From contig CAVVYZ010000011.1 of assembly GCA_963752595.1 (NCBI GenBank), positions 1 through 21,922 of the forward strand: a DNA stretch of 21,922 nt, read 5' to 3'. This DNA is from an uncultured delta proteobacterium. Lineage in GTDB: Bacteria; Desulfobacterota; Desulfomonilia; UBA1062. The position numbers and the translations under genes were made by a program. A model generated the notes under the pieces. The model had not been told where the DNA came from. It worked only from the letters and a program-made list of their open reading frames with translations, and did no database searches. The stretch's first letter is position 1. Each line of letters starts with the position of its first letter. Of this stretch, positions 1 through 10,612 are shown one piece after another.

Positions 1-2051
1 AGATCGGGCGCTACGGGCTCGGGTTCGCAAAGGATTTTCATGAAAAAGACCTGAAGACGCTGCTGGATATGCTGGGCGAGCCTTCGAGCGAGCGCCAGTT
101 CATCATGTATGAGGCCCTGCGCAAAGGCGCATCGGTTAGGAGCTGCACAAAAGACTCATATCAAGAGATGGTTCATCGAGCAGATGAAGGAGCTGGTTGA
201 AGTTGAAGAAAAAATACTGGCCTGCAAAGGCGGCAGGAGATACCCGGCGACCTGCTCGCGGCAGGCCAAAGAAGGACGGGTTTGCCGACCGCTACCTCGC
301 GGGCTCCTGGGCGTAGCGGAGAAGGAAATCCGGAACGGCGTCTCGGCCTCGGCGTGGTGAGTCCTGGGAGGCAGTGCCGGTCAGCGGCGTGGAAAATGCC
401 GAGTACTATTATTCCAATTACAACGGCCAGACGACAGCCGGTGAGCGCGAAAAAAAAGATCCTGGTGCTGGGCGGCGGCCCCAACCGGATCGGCCAGGGC
501 ATCGAGTTCGATTACTGCTGCGTGCATGCGGCCTTCGCGCTCAAGGACATGGGCGACGAGTCCATCATGGTGAACTGCAACCCCGAGACGGTGTCCACCG
601 ACTACGACACCTCGAACAAGCTCTACTTCGAACCCCTGACCGTGGAAGAGGTCCTGAGCATCTACCACAAGGAAAAGCCCGAGGGCGTGATCGTGCAGTT
701 CGGGGGCCAGACGCCGCTGAACATCGCCGACGAGCTCGAAGAGCGCCGGGGTGAAGATCCTGGGCACCTCGCCTTTCACCATCGATCTGGCAGAAGACCG
801 CGACCAGTTCGGGCAGATGATGGCCAAGCTCGGCATCCCCATGCCCGAGTGTGGCATGGCGAGCACACTCGAACAGGCCCTGGCCGTGGCGGACCGAATC
901 GGGTACCCGCTCATGGTGCGGCCCTCGTATGTGCTCGGCGGCCGCGGCATGGAGGTGGTGCACGACGAGGACATGCTGCGAGAGTATGTGCGGGCGGCCG
1001 TCGATGTGACCCCGGAGCGGCCCATCCTCATCGACAGGTTCCTGGAGAACGCCATCGAGGCCGAGGCCGACGCGATCTCGGACGGGGTGGAGGCATTCGT
1101 GCCCGCAGTCATGGAGCACATCGAGCATGCGGGCATGCACTCGGGCGACTCGGCCTGCGTGATCCCGCCCATCAGCATCCCCCGCAGGCACATGGACACC
1201 ATCACGGACTATACCCGAACCATCGCCATCGAGCTGGGCGTGGTGGGGCTCATGAACATGCAGTACGCCATCTACAGGATACGGTGTACGTGCTGGAGGC
1301 CAACCCCCGGGCGTCGCGCACAGTGCCGCTCGTGTCCAAGGTGTGCAATATCCCCATGGCCACGGATTGCCACGCAGGTCATCCTGGGCAAAAAGCTCTC
1401 GGAACTGGGCCTGAAGCACGGCCACATCACGCATTACGGCGTGAAGGAGGCGGTGTTCCCCTTCAGCATGTTCCCCGAGGTGGACCCGCTTTTAGGCCCG
1501 GAGATGCGCTCCACCGGCGAGGTGCTCGGCATGGCCGAGTCGTTCGGCCTGGCCTACTTTAAGGCTCGGAAGCTGCCTCCCAGCTCCTGCCCCGGGAGGG
1601 GACCGTGCTCATCACCGTGTCGAGGCGCGAGCGTCCGGCGGTGCTCGAGGTGGCGAGGCTGTTCAACGAGCTCGGCTTCAAGATCAAGTCGACCCGGAAC
1701 ACGCACGCCTTCCTCCAGGAGAACGGCATCGCCTCGGAGATGGTCCTCAAGCTGCACGAGGGGAGGCCCAACATCGTGGACGGCGTCAAGAACAAGGAGT
1801 ACGACCTCATCGTCAACACCCCGAGCGGCAAGCTGAGCAAGCACGACGACTCGTACATCCGCAAGGCGGCCATCCGGTTCAAGATCCCCTACATCACCAC
1901 GCTGTCCGCAGCCGTTGCGGCGGCCAAGGGAATCGACGCCTTCCGGCACGGAAAGGATACGGTCAAACCGCTGCAGCAGTATCACCAGGATATTCAGGAC
2001 TGCGAAGGAGCCAGAAAAATTCTTGATCCGCCGGGGCTTATAAGGGTATGA
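1..2051 (+). pseudogene. carB: Carbamoyl-phosphate synthase large subunit, 5'-partial, multiply frameshifted divergent copy (probably consensus error rather than a true pseudogene)
   Basis: CarB motifs are spread over several frames: [20 protein letters not shown] and [12 protein letters not shown] (ORF 282-1562), [25 protein letters not shown] and [11 protein letters not shown] (ORF 751-1836), [11 protein letters not shown] (ORF 282 frame), MGS-like C-terminal domain (ORF 1605-2051). Confidence 0.9.
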
Positions 2052-2300
2052 TTTATCTGTCTCCTGTGCAGGCATCAGGTTAGAAAAAGGGGGCTTTAAA
2101 ACGGTGTTATTCTGAAGTGTTCATGAGATGATCGTCTTGTGACATAGCAAAACGAATTTATTGTATGAAATTTTGCACAGGGGACATTCCTTTTCCGGAG
2201 CCGTGAGGAATCTTTTTGGAATACACGGCTTCCCCTCATGAAGGGCATCGTCAGATAAGCTTCACCGTAAGGGTCAATTCGGCAGGTTTTGTTCAGTTTT

Positions 2301-4680
2301 TCACTCGGGAACGCCTGAAGCAATGCATGAAAGGTCTATGATCTCCCTTATTTTCAAGGAAAGATCCTGCAGGCTGAAAGGCTTCTGGATAAAGCCGTTG
2401 CATCCCCTCGTCAGGATCTCTTCAGCCTGTCCGTCACGGCTGTATCCGCTCGACAAAAGAACCTTCACCCCCGGATCGAGCTCTTTGAGCCTCTCGTATG
2501 TCTTTAACCCGCCCATACCGGGCATGATCATATCCAATATCACCAGCCCTATTTCGCTCATGTGCTTCTGATACAACGCCAGGGCATCCTCTCCGCTGTG
2601 TGCGCTCAGAACCGTGTATCCCATGCTCCGGAGCATGTCTGTCCCCACATCGACAACCATCTCCTCATCATCGACCAGGAGTACGGTTTCGGCGCCTTCC
2701 TTTACCTCATTCTCAACTTCCCGTTCATATTCGGGCTCCCTGGTACTCGCAGGCAGGTAGATGTGAAATGAAGAACCCGCGCCGGTCTCACTCTCAACCG
2801 TGACGAAACCGCCGTGGTTCTTGAGGATCCCATATACGGATGCCAGGCCCAGGCCGGTGCCGATGCCCCGTTCCTTGGTCGTGAAGAACGGGTCGAAGAT
2901 CCTTACCCGTGTTGCTTCATCCATGCCGATGCCTGTATCCTTTACATCGAGCTGCACAAACCTGCCCGATTTCAATGCATGCGGCCCCACGATTCCGTCT
3001 GTCAGCACCTCATTCCTGCACTCAACGAACAGTTCGCCGCCGTCGGGCATCGCCTGCCATGCATTCACGAACAGATTCAGAAGCACCTGCTCCATCTGTC
3101 CATGGTCGACTTCAACAGTCCATAATCCTTCTTCCACCTTGTAGTGCGTCCGGATTTCCTTCTTGGTCCGGGCGAACATATCCAGGCTCCTTTCCACATA
3201 CTCGCCTAAATCCGTTACCCTGACCTCATACTTGCCGCCACGGGCAAATCCCAGGAGCCGCTTGGTCAGTTGGGAACCCCTGAGTACATATCGCTCGATG
3301 TTCTTCAACCGCTCGTAATCTTCCTCTCCGCCCTTCTTCCCCATCAGGATCGGAGAGATGTTCCCCAGAACCCCCATAAGCAGATTATTGAAATCATGGG
3401 CAATGCCTCCGGCCAGGGTCCCTACGGCCTCCATGCGCTGCGCCTGCTGGAACTGCTTTTCGAGATGTTCCGTTTCGGTTACATCGATGAACACGACCTG
3501 CATGGCAGTCCTGCCCATATACGGTACCGGCGCCGCATTTACCTGGACCCTGATGAATGACCCATCCTTCCTTACTCCGGTGTATGTCTCGGGGGAAGAG
3601 TAAGGGATCCTACTGCTGATCTTGGAAGCCACCCGGTTTTTCAGATTCTCGTGCTCGTCGGGTGTATTACATCCCATACCAATATCTCCTGCGTTTCCGA
3701 CATGGTATATCCGAACATCCGGCACGCCACTTCATTGATGAGGATGAACTGGGCGGTAGGTATCTCGAAAATGGCAAATCCGAAAAAAGTGCTTTCGACG
3801 AAAGAACGGTATCTTTCTTCACTCTGCCGCAAGTATACTTCGGCCTGTTTGCGGTCGGTGATATCACGGCTAACCCCCACGAGACCTATGACGTTTCCCG
3901 TTTTGTCGCAGATAGGCGCCTTTATAGTGTCGAAAAAAATCCGGCTCCCGTCGGGCTTCTGGAAATATTCCTCCAGGTGAACGGTTTTGCCGCCCCTGAT
4001 TACGGCTCATCGGTCATCTTCTGCCTCGAGGCGAACTCCGGAAGAAAGATCTCCCCATCGGTTCTGCCTTCGATTTTGTCCTTGGGAAGCCCTGCAAAGA
4101 GCTCGAAAGACTTGTTCACCGAGATGTTCCGGCCTGCCGCATCCTTGAAGTAAACGATATCGGGTATCGCCTGGAGCAGCGTATTGATCTGCTCGTTGAT
4201 CTCAGAGATGCACTCCGTGGCCTTTACGCTCTCCGTTACGTCACGTCCCACCGCAACGATAGAAGACATCTTTCCATGCCGCACGAGGGAAACGCTGGTA
4301 ACGGTGCCGACACGACGGGTCCCGTCCTTGGCGATGAATTCATACTGTTCAGGGTCGACCTGGCCGCCTTCGCTGATATGTCCGAGAAGGATCAATGCCT
4401 TGTTCAAGGAGGCCGGCTGCAGGATGCCCATCTCGTAGATCTTGCCCGAAATAAGCTCTTCGGGCTTGTACCCAAGCATCTTCTCGACGCTGGGTGAAAC
4501 ACTCAGGATCTCGCCCTCTGAACTGATGGAAAACATGACATCCGTGGACTTTTCAAAATAAAGCCGGTACTTTTCCTCCAGCTCGAGGAGATCAAGTTCC
4601 TTCTCTTTATATCTCTCAAGCTCGGTTTGTAACTCGTCCACCCTCGTCTGCAGATCTTCGCAGGATTGATTTCCTGTCAC
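2301..4680 (-). pseudogene. Mirror copy of PAS hybrid histidine kinase with two 1-nt deletions
   Basis: Split into ORFs 4000-4680, 3641-3880 and 2301-3725. Relative to 17240-19621 it lacks one base in G-runs at ~3660 and ~4004. Confidence 0.88.
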
Positions 4681-4935
4681 CCCAAAACCCCCACAAGGTT
4701 CTGTTTTATCGACCGCATTACCTTTAAAATAACCACATATACTTTACAGTCAATATATTCGATCATTTATGACACTATCTTGAATAAAATATCATTATCG
4801 GGACGACCATACCCGAAAGACAAGGACCATCATTGAACATGCCTTAATTTTAAACAGGATTGACAAAATGGATATTTTATACCATCTGATTGCACTTGGA
4901 AGTCTTTGTTGATATCCCCATGAGGAGGAAAGAAG

Positions 4936-5348
4936 GTGAATACCATCCGCATCGTTGTGCTGTGCCTGCTCCTTACCGCTCTTACCAGCTGCAAATTGAG
5001 CAGCGAAGCCATGCTGGTCGACCATGACGGACGCATATACTATGGGGGATTGAGTTTCGATGCCGAGTATCAGATAGGCTCGATCACGTTCCCCGGCACT
5101 CCCTATGGAGACCTTACCGGTCTTTTATCATGATTACCACAGACGAAAAGAAACCCGTCATAAAGCTCGATAATATCCCCCTGCAGCAGTTTTCCGGAAA
5201 GGCACAGCTGGGGAACAAGGAAAAGCGATTCCTCGAGTGCGATATCACCGCCGAGTTCAAGTCAAAGGAAATGGGTGACATGAAGATGATCGGGTGCGGG
5301 ACATGCTATGACGGGAACAAGAACACCTATGACATCTCATTCCAGTGA
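4936..5348 (+). pseudogene. Mirror copy of small lipoprotein with one 1-nt deletion
   Basis: ORFs 4936-5133 plus 5130-5348 together equal 16571-16984; CC to C at ~5122 (ggtcttttatc vs ggtccttttatc). Confidence 0.8.
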
Positions 5349-5404
5349 TGAAGAAGCGGCGGAAAAAATGAAATGGGCTGCCAGGAAATACCTCGGATGA
5401 AAGC

Positions 5405-5481
<77 letters not shown>

Positions 5482-5493
5482 TCACATGAGTCT

Positions 5494-5521
5494 TCTATAA
5501 TGTATCAAAAGGAAATGTCAA
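5494..5521 (-). promoter_or_regulatory. Putative sigma70 promoter of tRNA-fMet
   Basis: TTGACA-16 nt-TATAGA ending 12 nt before the tRNA, with an AT-rich upstream tract. The -35 is perfect and the -10 is imperfect. Confidence 0.55.
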
Positions 5522-5669
5522 GGAAAGATTTCCAGGGTTTTTAATTAAATTTCAAATGATATCGTATAGATAAAAGCTCTTCTCCTTTGAAGGCCACTTC
5601 ACCGAACCCCGATCGGGCAGAGAATGGATGTTTTACTGCTACCCGAAAATGGCTTCTTTGGTTTTTTCC

Positions 5670-5697
5670 AAAAAAAAAGCAGGTCGGTTAGACCTGC
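5670..5697 (-). terminator. Intrinsic terminator (mirror of 16222-16249)
   Basis: On the minus strand: GCAGGTC-TAACC-GACCTGC followed by T9. Confidence 0.75.
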
Positions 5698-5839
5698 GAA
5701 CATATGAGGAGGTTCTACGGGGAATGAATCTTGAAGAACCTATTACTTTGTATCGACCCGACTTGGGTTTACTTAACCCTTCTTTTTAATTTTTTATAAA
5801 ATTTTTTCTCTGGCCGGTTTTTATGCTATAGCTAGGTGT

Positions 5840-7120
5840 ATGGAAAAGCACATCCCTCCTCTTGCATACAGGATCAGGCCCCATTGCATCGATGAGCTCA
5901 TCGGGCAGGACGAGGCAAGGCAGTTTATCGACAGCTTCATCGCTGGAAACCTTCGCTCGGTCATACTCTGGGGACCTCCCGGAACAGGGAAGAGCAGCGT
6001 GGCGCACATCATTGAGATGCTCCACCCGGATTCGTACTTTTCGGTCAGCGCGGTCACCAGCGGGGTTCAGGATATAAAGCGGGTTACGAAGGATTCTGAA
6101 AAAGCGGCCTCCCAGCCCATCGTTTTCATCGATGAAATACACCGGTTCAACCGGATCCAGCAGGATGCCCTGCTCCCTTTCGTTGAACGGGGAGACATCA
6201 TCCTGATCGGTGCGACAACGGAGAACCCGTCCTTCTCCATCACCTCGCCGTTGCTCTCGCGGCTTCAGGTTGTCATGTTCCATCCGCTCAATGCCGCAGA
6301 CATCGAAAGGATTCTGAATCGGGCGGTTCTGTCCGACGAGAGCCTGAGATCCCAGAACAAGACCGTCTCGGAGAAAAGCATAAAGGCCCTTTCCCATGCC
6401 GCTGACGGAGATGCGCGGGCAGCACTCAACCTTCTCGAACTGGCCCTGACCACCATAGAGAAAGAGCAGATCGAGATCCAGGACTTAAGCTCCCTTCTGG
6501 AGAGGCCGTTTTATCACGACAAGACCGGTGAAAAGCACTACGATATTATATCCGCCTTCCATAAGAGCGTGCGGGCAAGCGACATCCATGCAAGCATCTA
6601 TTGGCTGGGCAGGATGCTCGAAGGCGGCGAAGACAGGCTCTTCATCCTGAGGCGGATGATCAGGATAGCCTCGGAAGACATCGGCATGGCTGAGCCAAAT
6701 GCACTGCGCATGGTGATCTCGGCTAAAGACGCGTTCACCACGCTGGGGTCCCCCGAGGGGGAACTCGCCCTCTACCAGGCCGCAGTGTATCTCGCCTGTG
6801 CGCCCAAGAGCAACGCGCTGTACCTCGCCGAAAAAAAGGTCCGCGACCTGATCAAAAAGACCGGCACGCCGCAGGTGCCTTTGTATCTGCGCAATGCACC
6901 GACGAAGCTGATGAAGGAGATGGGGTATGGAAAAGGGTATATCTATGCCCATGATGATCCCCACGGCGCCCTTCTCATGAACTATTTCCCTGAGGGCGTC
7001 GAAGAAGTGAGGCTGTATATACCCAGGGATGTCGGGTTTGAAAAACGGGTTAAGGAGATCATGAATGCTCGAAAAAAGGCTGCTGCAAATCGGGCAGGAC
7101 CGTATCGCAAGACTTCTTGA
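5840..7120 (+). CDS. rarA: Replication-associated recombination protein A (RarA/MgsA AAA+ ATPase)
   Basis: PLAYRIRP N-terminus, Walker A GPPGTGKS, Walker B VFIDEIHRFN, GATTENPSF, YDIISAFHKSVRASD, ASEDIG, PKSNA, LRNAPTKLMKEMGYGKGY. Confidence 0.96.
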   Translation: MEKHIPPLAYRIRPHCIDELIGQDEARQFIDSFIAGNLRSVILWGPPGTGKSSVAHIIEMLHPDSYFSVSAVTSGVQDIKRVTKDSEKAASQPIVFIDEIHRFNRIQQDALLPFVERGDIILIGATTENPSFSITSPLLSRLQVVMFHPLNAADIERILNRAVLSDESLRSQNKTVSEKSIKALSHAADGDARAALNLLELALTTIEKEQIEIQDLSSLLERPFYHDKTGEKHYDIISAFHKSVRASDIHASIYWLGRMLEGGEDRLFILRRMIRIASEDIGMAEPNALRMVISAKDAFTTLGSPEGELALYQAAVYLACAPKSNALYLAEKKVRDLIKKTGTPQVPLYLRNAPTKLMKEMGYGKGYIYAHDDPHGALLMNYFPEGVEEVRLYIPRDVGFEKRVKEIMNARKKAAANRAGPYRKTS

Positions 7121-8426
7121 GGCAGGGGCGCCGTTCATATCCGGACAGGCAGTGGAGAGGGATCTGGATATTACCGATATTGCACTGGTGAATGAGCTGA
7201 TGGAAGGGAAACACCTGTATCAGGACCCCCCCCTTGAGGATGTGGAGCCCGCAGAGGTGATCCCGGCCTCCTTTGACGCCACCGCTGCAGCAGGACAATA
7301 CCGCGGGCATGGCGAAGACCTCCTCAGGAGAGGCGCCGTCGCAGCGCTTGTCGTTGCAGGCGGCCAGGGCTCCCGTCTGGGAATCAATGCACCCAAGGGA
7401 GTGGTTGGAGTAAGCCCTGTCCGTTCCAAGAGCCTTTTCCAGATACATGCGGAAAAAGTACTCGCCCTCTCGCGGAAATATTCCAGGCCCATTCCCTTGT
7501 TCATCATGACATCACGGGAAAATGACGAAGACACGCGTTCGTTCTTTGCCGAACATTCCTTTTTCGGCCTTGATGAGAAGAACGTCTTTTTCTTTGTCCA
7601 GGGCATGCTTCCCTCCGTTACCGAGGAAAGGGGCTTCATCATCTCAAAAGACGGCGGTCTGTTCATGAATCCCGACGGCCATGGAGGTACACTGACCGCC
7701 CTCAGGAAGAACGGGTGCCTGGAGATCATGAAAAGCAGAGGCATCGAGGAGATCTTCTTTTTCCAGGTGGACAATCCCCTCGTATCGGTATGCGACCCCC
7801 TCTTCATAGGCCTCCATGCCATGAAGGCTTCAGACATGTCTTCAAAGGTTGTAAGAAAAAGGGATTTCGATGAAAAGGTCGGCGTCATCGCGAAGGTCGG
7901 CGGGAAAGTACGGGTGATCGAATACAGCGACATGAGCGATTCCATGCGCTATGCAACCGATGACAGGGGTGAGATGATCTACTGGCCCGGGTCCATAGCG
8001 ATTCATATGATCAGGCGGGATTTTGTCGAAACGCTCACCGGAACCGGGCTGAGGCTTCCTTTCCACCGGGCGGTCAAGTCGATTTCCGCCCTGGATTCCC
8101 AAGGAAACCCCGCCGATGTGAAGGGAATCAAGTTTGAAACATTCATCTTCGATGCCCTGCCCCTGGCAAAAAACTGCGTCTCCATGGAGGTGATCAGGGA
8201 GCATGAATTCGCCCCGGTGAAGAACAAGGCGGGAGAAGATTCCCTGGAAAGTTCTCTTGCGATGCAGAGCCGTCTGCATAAAAGCTGGCTTGAGGATCTC
8301 GGCATCGAAGTACAGGGGGAGAGCCTTGTGGAAATCAGCCCGCTCTTTGCCCTTTCAAAAGATGATCTGAAAGCGCACGTTGAACATTTACCCAAGAAAA
8401 TAGTAGAAGATACGTATATCGGTTGA
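7065..8426 (+). CDS. UDPGP-family (eukaryote UAP1-like) UTP:hexose(amine)-1-phosphate uridylyltransferase
   Basis: AGGQGSRLG...PKG nucleotide-binding loop, IMTS, FVQG, PDGHGG, QVDNPL, IEYSD, KFETFIFD, EFAPVKN; AAGGAG RBS 7 nt upstream of the ATG. Confidence 0.9.
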   Translation: MLEKRLLQIGQDRIARLLEAGAPFISGQAVERDLDITDIALVNELMEGKHLYQDPPLEDVEPAEVIPASFDATAAAGQYRGHGEDLLRRGAVAALVVAGGQGSRLGINAPKGVVGVSPVRSKSLFQIHAEKVLALSRKYSRPIPLFIMTSRENDEDTRSFFAEHSFFGLDEKNVFFFVQGMLPSVTEERGFIISKDGGLFMNPDGHGGTLTALRKNGCLEIMKSRGIEEIFFFQVDNPLVSVCDPLFIGLHAMKASDMSSKVVRKRDFDEKVGVIAKVGGKVRVIEYSDMSDSMRYATDDRGEMIYWPGSIAIHMIRRDFVETLTGTGLRLPFHRAVKSISALDSQGNPADVKGIKFETFIFDALPLAKNCVSMEVIREHEFAPVKNKAGEDSLESSLAMQSRLHKSWLEDLGIEVQGESLVEISPLFALSKDDLKAHVEHLPKKIVEDTYIG

Positions 8427-10612
8427 CAGGAGGAACTCCCATTAAGAACTCCATAAAGCGGCATACCATCACCATTAAAGAGACGGGATGGGAAATACTC
8501 ATCTGGATGGGAAGCTTTATCGTTCTGGGTTTTGTGGTCCTCTTTGCCATGTATTCCTACCGAAGCGTGGAGCGGGAAATGGCACAGCAGTTCAACCGGG
8601 AGCAGGGGCTGCTCGCCCAGCAGACCGCCATGGGCATCGAGCAGTACATGCACGACATTACCAACATCCTCAACCTGACCATCCACATCAAATCAGTAGC
8701 CGATGGCGACCCGGAAGCCATAAAGATCGCCCTCGATAATGCCTACCTATCGCTCAAGAATAAGGTGACCTTCGTGTTCTGGGAAAATTCCCAAGGGGTC
8801 ATGACCTACCATTACCCGGAAAATATCCTTCCCGGTCTCGAAGGAAAAGACTTCAGCTTCCGGACGTACTTCCGGGTAGGCAAGGAACTCGGGGTCCCCT
8901 TCGTATCCGATGTCATCACGGTTGGAGGCGAGAAGAACAAGGATATACCAGGCCGTTTCGAAACCTTCATCATCTCTTTCCCCCTCAAAGACGAAAATGA
9001 CCGGTTCCACGGGGTGATCGGTTGCGCCATCGACCTGGCGAATATCACTGCCCATTACGTGGCGCCCATCAGGCCATCGGAGACCGGATATGCATGGCTT
9101 ATGGACGAGACAGGGACGATCCTTTACCATCCGAATCCCCAGTGGGTTGGAATGAACCTCTATGACATCGTGCTGAAGATGGAGAAACAGGGATACAGCA
9201 TTTCGGGCATCCAGACCGTCAGGCGGGCCATGGAGCTCAAGAACGACGGCATGTACGAATTCACCTTCCCCCACTACCCGAATCTCAAGCCGGTGAAAAA
9301 GCTCATCGCCTTCTCTTCCGTCCATTTTCTGAACCGCAGATGGGTCACCGTGGCCACCTCGCCCTACAGCGAGGTTATCTACCTCATGTCCGACACCTTC
9401 AGAAACGCCCTGCTCTTGGGATCGGTAAGCATCGGATTCGTCATCATCGCCACGCTGGTCCTGCTGCGCATCAACAAGGCGCGGGCCACGGCATCGGAGC
9501 GCAACAAGTGGGCGGAACGGGTCCTGGTAGCGCACAAAAGGCTGGAAACCATCTTCAATGGCGTCCCCCACTACCTTGCCATGATCGATTCCGCCTTTTT
9601 CGTTGTGGATGTAAACCAGCGTCTGTGCGATCTCTATGGGAAAAAACGCGAGGACGTCATCGACAAACACTGCTCGCTGGACTTTCCTGAAAGCGAGCGC
9701 ATGTGCCACTCGAGCATTGTGGAAAGCTGCTTCAAGACAGGACAGATCGTCACCGAGAGGGACACGAGAGTGGATATCCACGGCAAGCCCTACTTCTTTG
9801 ACATCAGCGCCATCCCCCTCTTTGACAACAAGGGCGAGGTCGACAATGTGGTGCAGTATGCCGTTGATATTACGGACAAGAAAGCCCTGACGGAAAAGCT
9901 CATCCAGGCGGAAAAACTCGCCGCTGTGGGGCAGATGTCCGCCCATGTGGCCCACGAGATCCGCAACCCTCTCACGTCGGTACTCCTCCACTCCGAGCTC
10001 CTGGAAGACGAGATCAAGGAGCACGGGGACAACAAGGAAGCCCAGGAGCTCATCAGTGTTATCCGCAACGAGATCGACAGGCTCTCCCAGATTACGGAGG
10101 AATACCTTTCCTATGCGAGACTGCCCCTTCCCAAAAAGCAGCTCGTGGACCCCGCGGCAGAAGCGAATTCGGTCGTATCCATGTTGATGCCCGAACTGAA
10201 AAGAAGGAATATCGAGGTTGAGGTCAAGTGCTCGGAAAAGCTGCCGAAGATCATGATAGATCGTGGACAATTCAAGCAGCTTCTGATAAATTTGATCAAG
10301 AATGCCGAAGATGCAATGCCCTCGGGAGGGAGTCTGGAAGTAGCCCTCATGGGAATTAAGGATAACTTTTTGCTGCTGGTCAAGGATACAGGGTATGGTA
10401 TCCCCCAGGAGCTCACGAGGAGAATATTTGACCCGTATTTCACTACAAAGGACAATGGGACCGGTCTGGGCCTGGCGCTTGTCCAATACATAGCCGGCGC
10501 ACATGACGGATGGGTAGACGTGGAGAGCCAGAAAGGTACGGGGTCTACCTTCATCTTCTCCATACCCATTCCCGTGGAAGGATATTCCAAGGAAGAGGTA
10601 CTCGCACAATGA
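8423..10612 (+). CDS. Membrane sensor histidine kinase (TM - Cache-like periplasmic domain - TM - PAS - HisKA - HATPase)
   Basis: Two hydrophobic segments; YFR and GYAWLMDETGTILYHP Cache-like motifs; H-box SAHVAHEIRNPL, N-box NLIKNAEDA, DTGYGI, FDPYFTTK, GTGLGL. The TTG start is uncertain. Confidence 0.9.
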   Translation: MTGGTPIKNSIKRHTITIKETGWEILIWMGSFIVLGFVVLFAMYSYRSVEREMAQQFNREQGLLAQQTAMGIEQYMHDITNILNLTIHIKSVADGDPEAIKIALDNAYLSLKNKVTFVFWENSQGVMTYHYPENILPGLEGKDFSFRTYFRVGKELGVPFVSDVITVGGEKNKDIPGRFETFIISFPLKDENDRFHGVIGCAIDLANITAHYVAPIRPSETGYAWLMDETGTILYHPNPQWVGMNLYDIVLKMEKQGYSISGIQTVRRAMELKNDGMYEFTFPHYPNLKPVKKLIAFSSVHFLNRRWVTVATSPYSEVIYLMSDTFRNALLLGSVSIGFVIIATLVLLRINKARATASERNKWAERVLVAHKRLETIFNGVPHYLAMIDSAFFVVDVNQRLCDLYGKKREDVIDKHCSLDFPESERMCHSSIVESCFKTGQIVTERDTRVDIHGKPYFFDISAIPLFDNKGEVDNVVQYAVDITDKKALTEKLIQAEKLAAVGQMSAHVAHEIRNPLTSVLLHSELLEDEIKEHGDNKEAQELISVIRNEIDRLSQITEEYLSYARLPLPKKQLVDPAAEANSVVSMLMPELKRRNIEVEVKCSEKLPKIMIDRGQFKQLLINLIKNAEDAMPSGGSLEVALMGIKDNFLLLVKDTGYGIPQELTRRIFDPYFTTKDNGTGLGLALVQYIAGAHDGWVDVESQKGTGSTFIFSIPIPVEGYSKEEVLAQ

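Noticed and set aside
1-5. GATC at both termini (Sau3AI/DpnII end) and a SacII site at the centre
   Set aside because: Both termini are the same locus, so this is one 4-mer occurrence; many internal GATC sites are uncut; a fold centre is self-complementary by construction.
95-1955. DGR-like or targeted hypermutation between repeat copies
   Set aside because: Differences are not adenine-specific, are largely synonymous or conservative, span kilobases, and no reverse transcriptase is present.
1-2051. Programmed frameshifting or a genuinely split carB
   Set aside because: Too many shifts in both directions, and the mirror copy is an uninterrupted frame.
2122-2179. Imperfect palindromes in the carB/kinase convergent gap (tcatgagatg-at-cgtcttgtga; TGT-N12-ACA)
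   Set aside because: They rely on several G-U pairs or mismatches, have no U-tract, and are not upstream of any gene.
5706-5789. Small ORF MNLEEPITLY... after GAGGAGG (part of the 67-aa ORF 16088-16291 in the other arm)
   Set aside because: RBS spacing is long (11 nt), the stop differs between arms, and there is no recognisable motif; the region is better explained by the opposite-strand structured element.
5811-5826. Sigma54-like TGGC...TGC upstream of rarA
   Set aside because: GG-to-GC spacing is 11 nt rather than the required 10.
8747-10609. 620-aa antisense ORF (and other long shadow ORFs such as 565-1434, 6485-7138, 12883-13737, 17423-18271)
   Set aside because: They lie opposite well-supported genes, show no recognisable motifs, and are expected from codon bias in GC-rich DNA.
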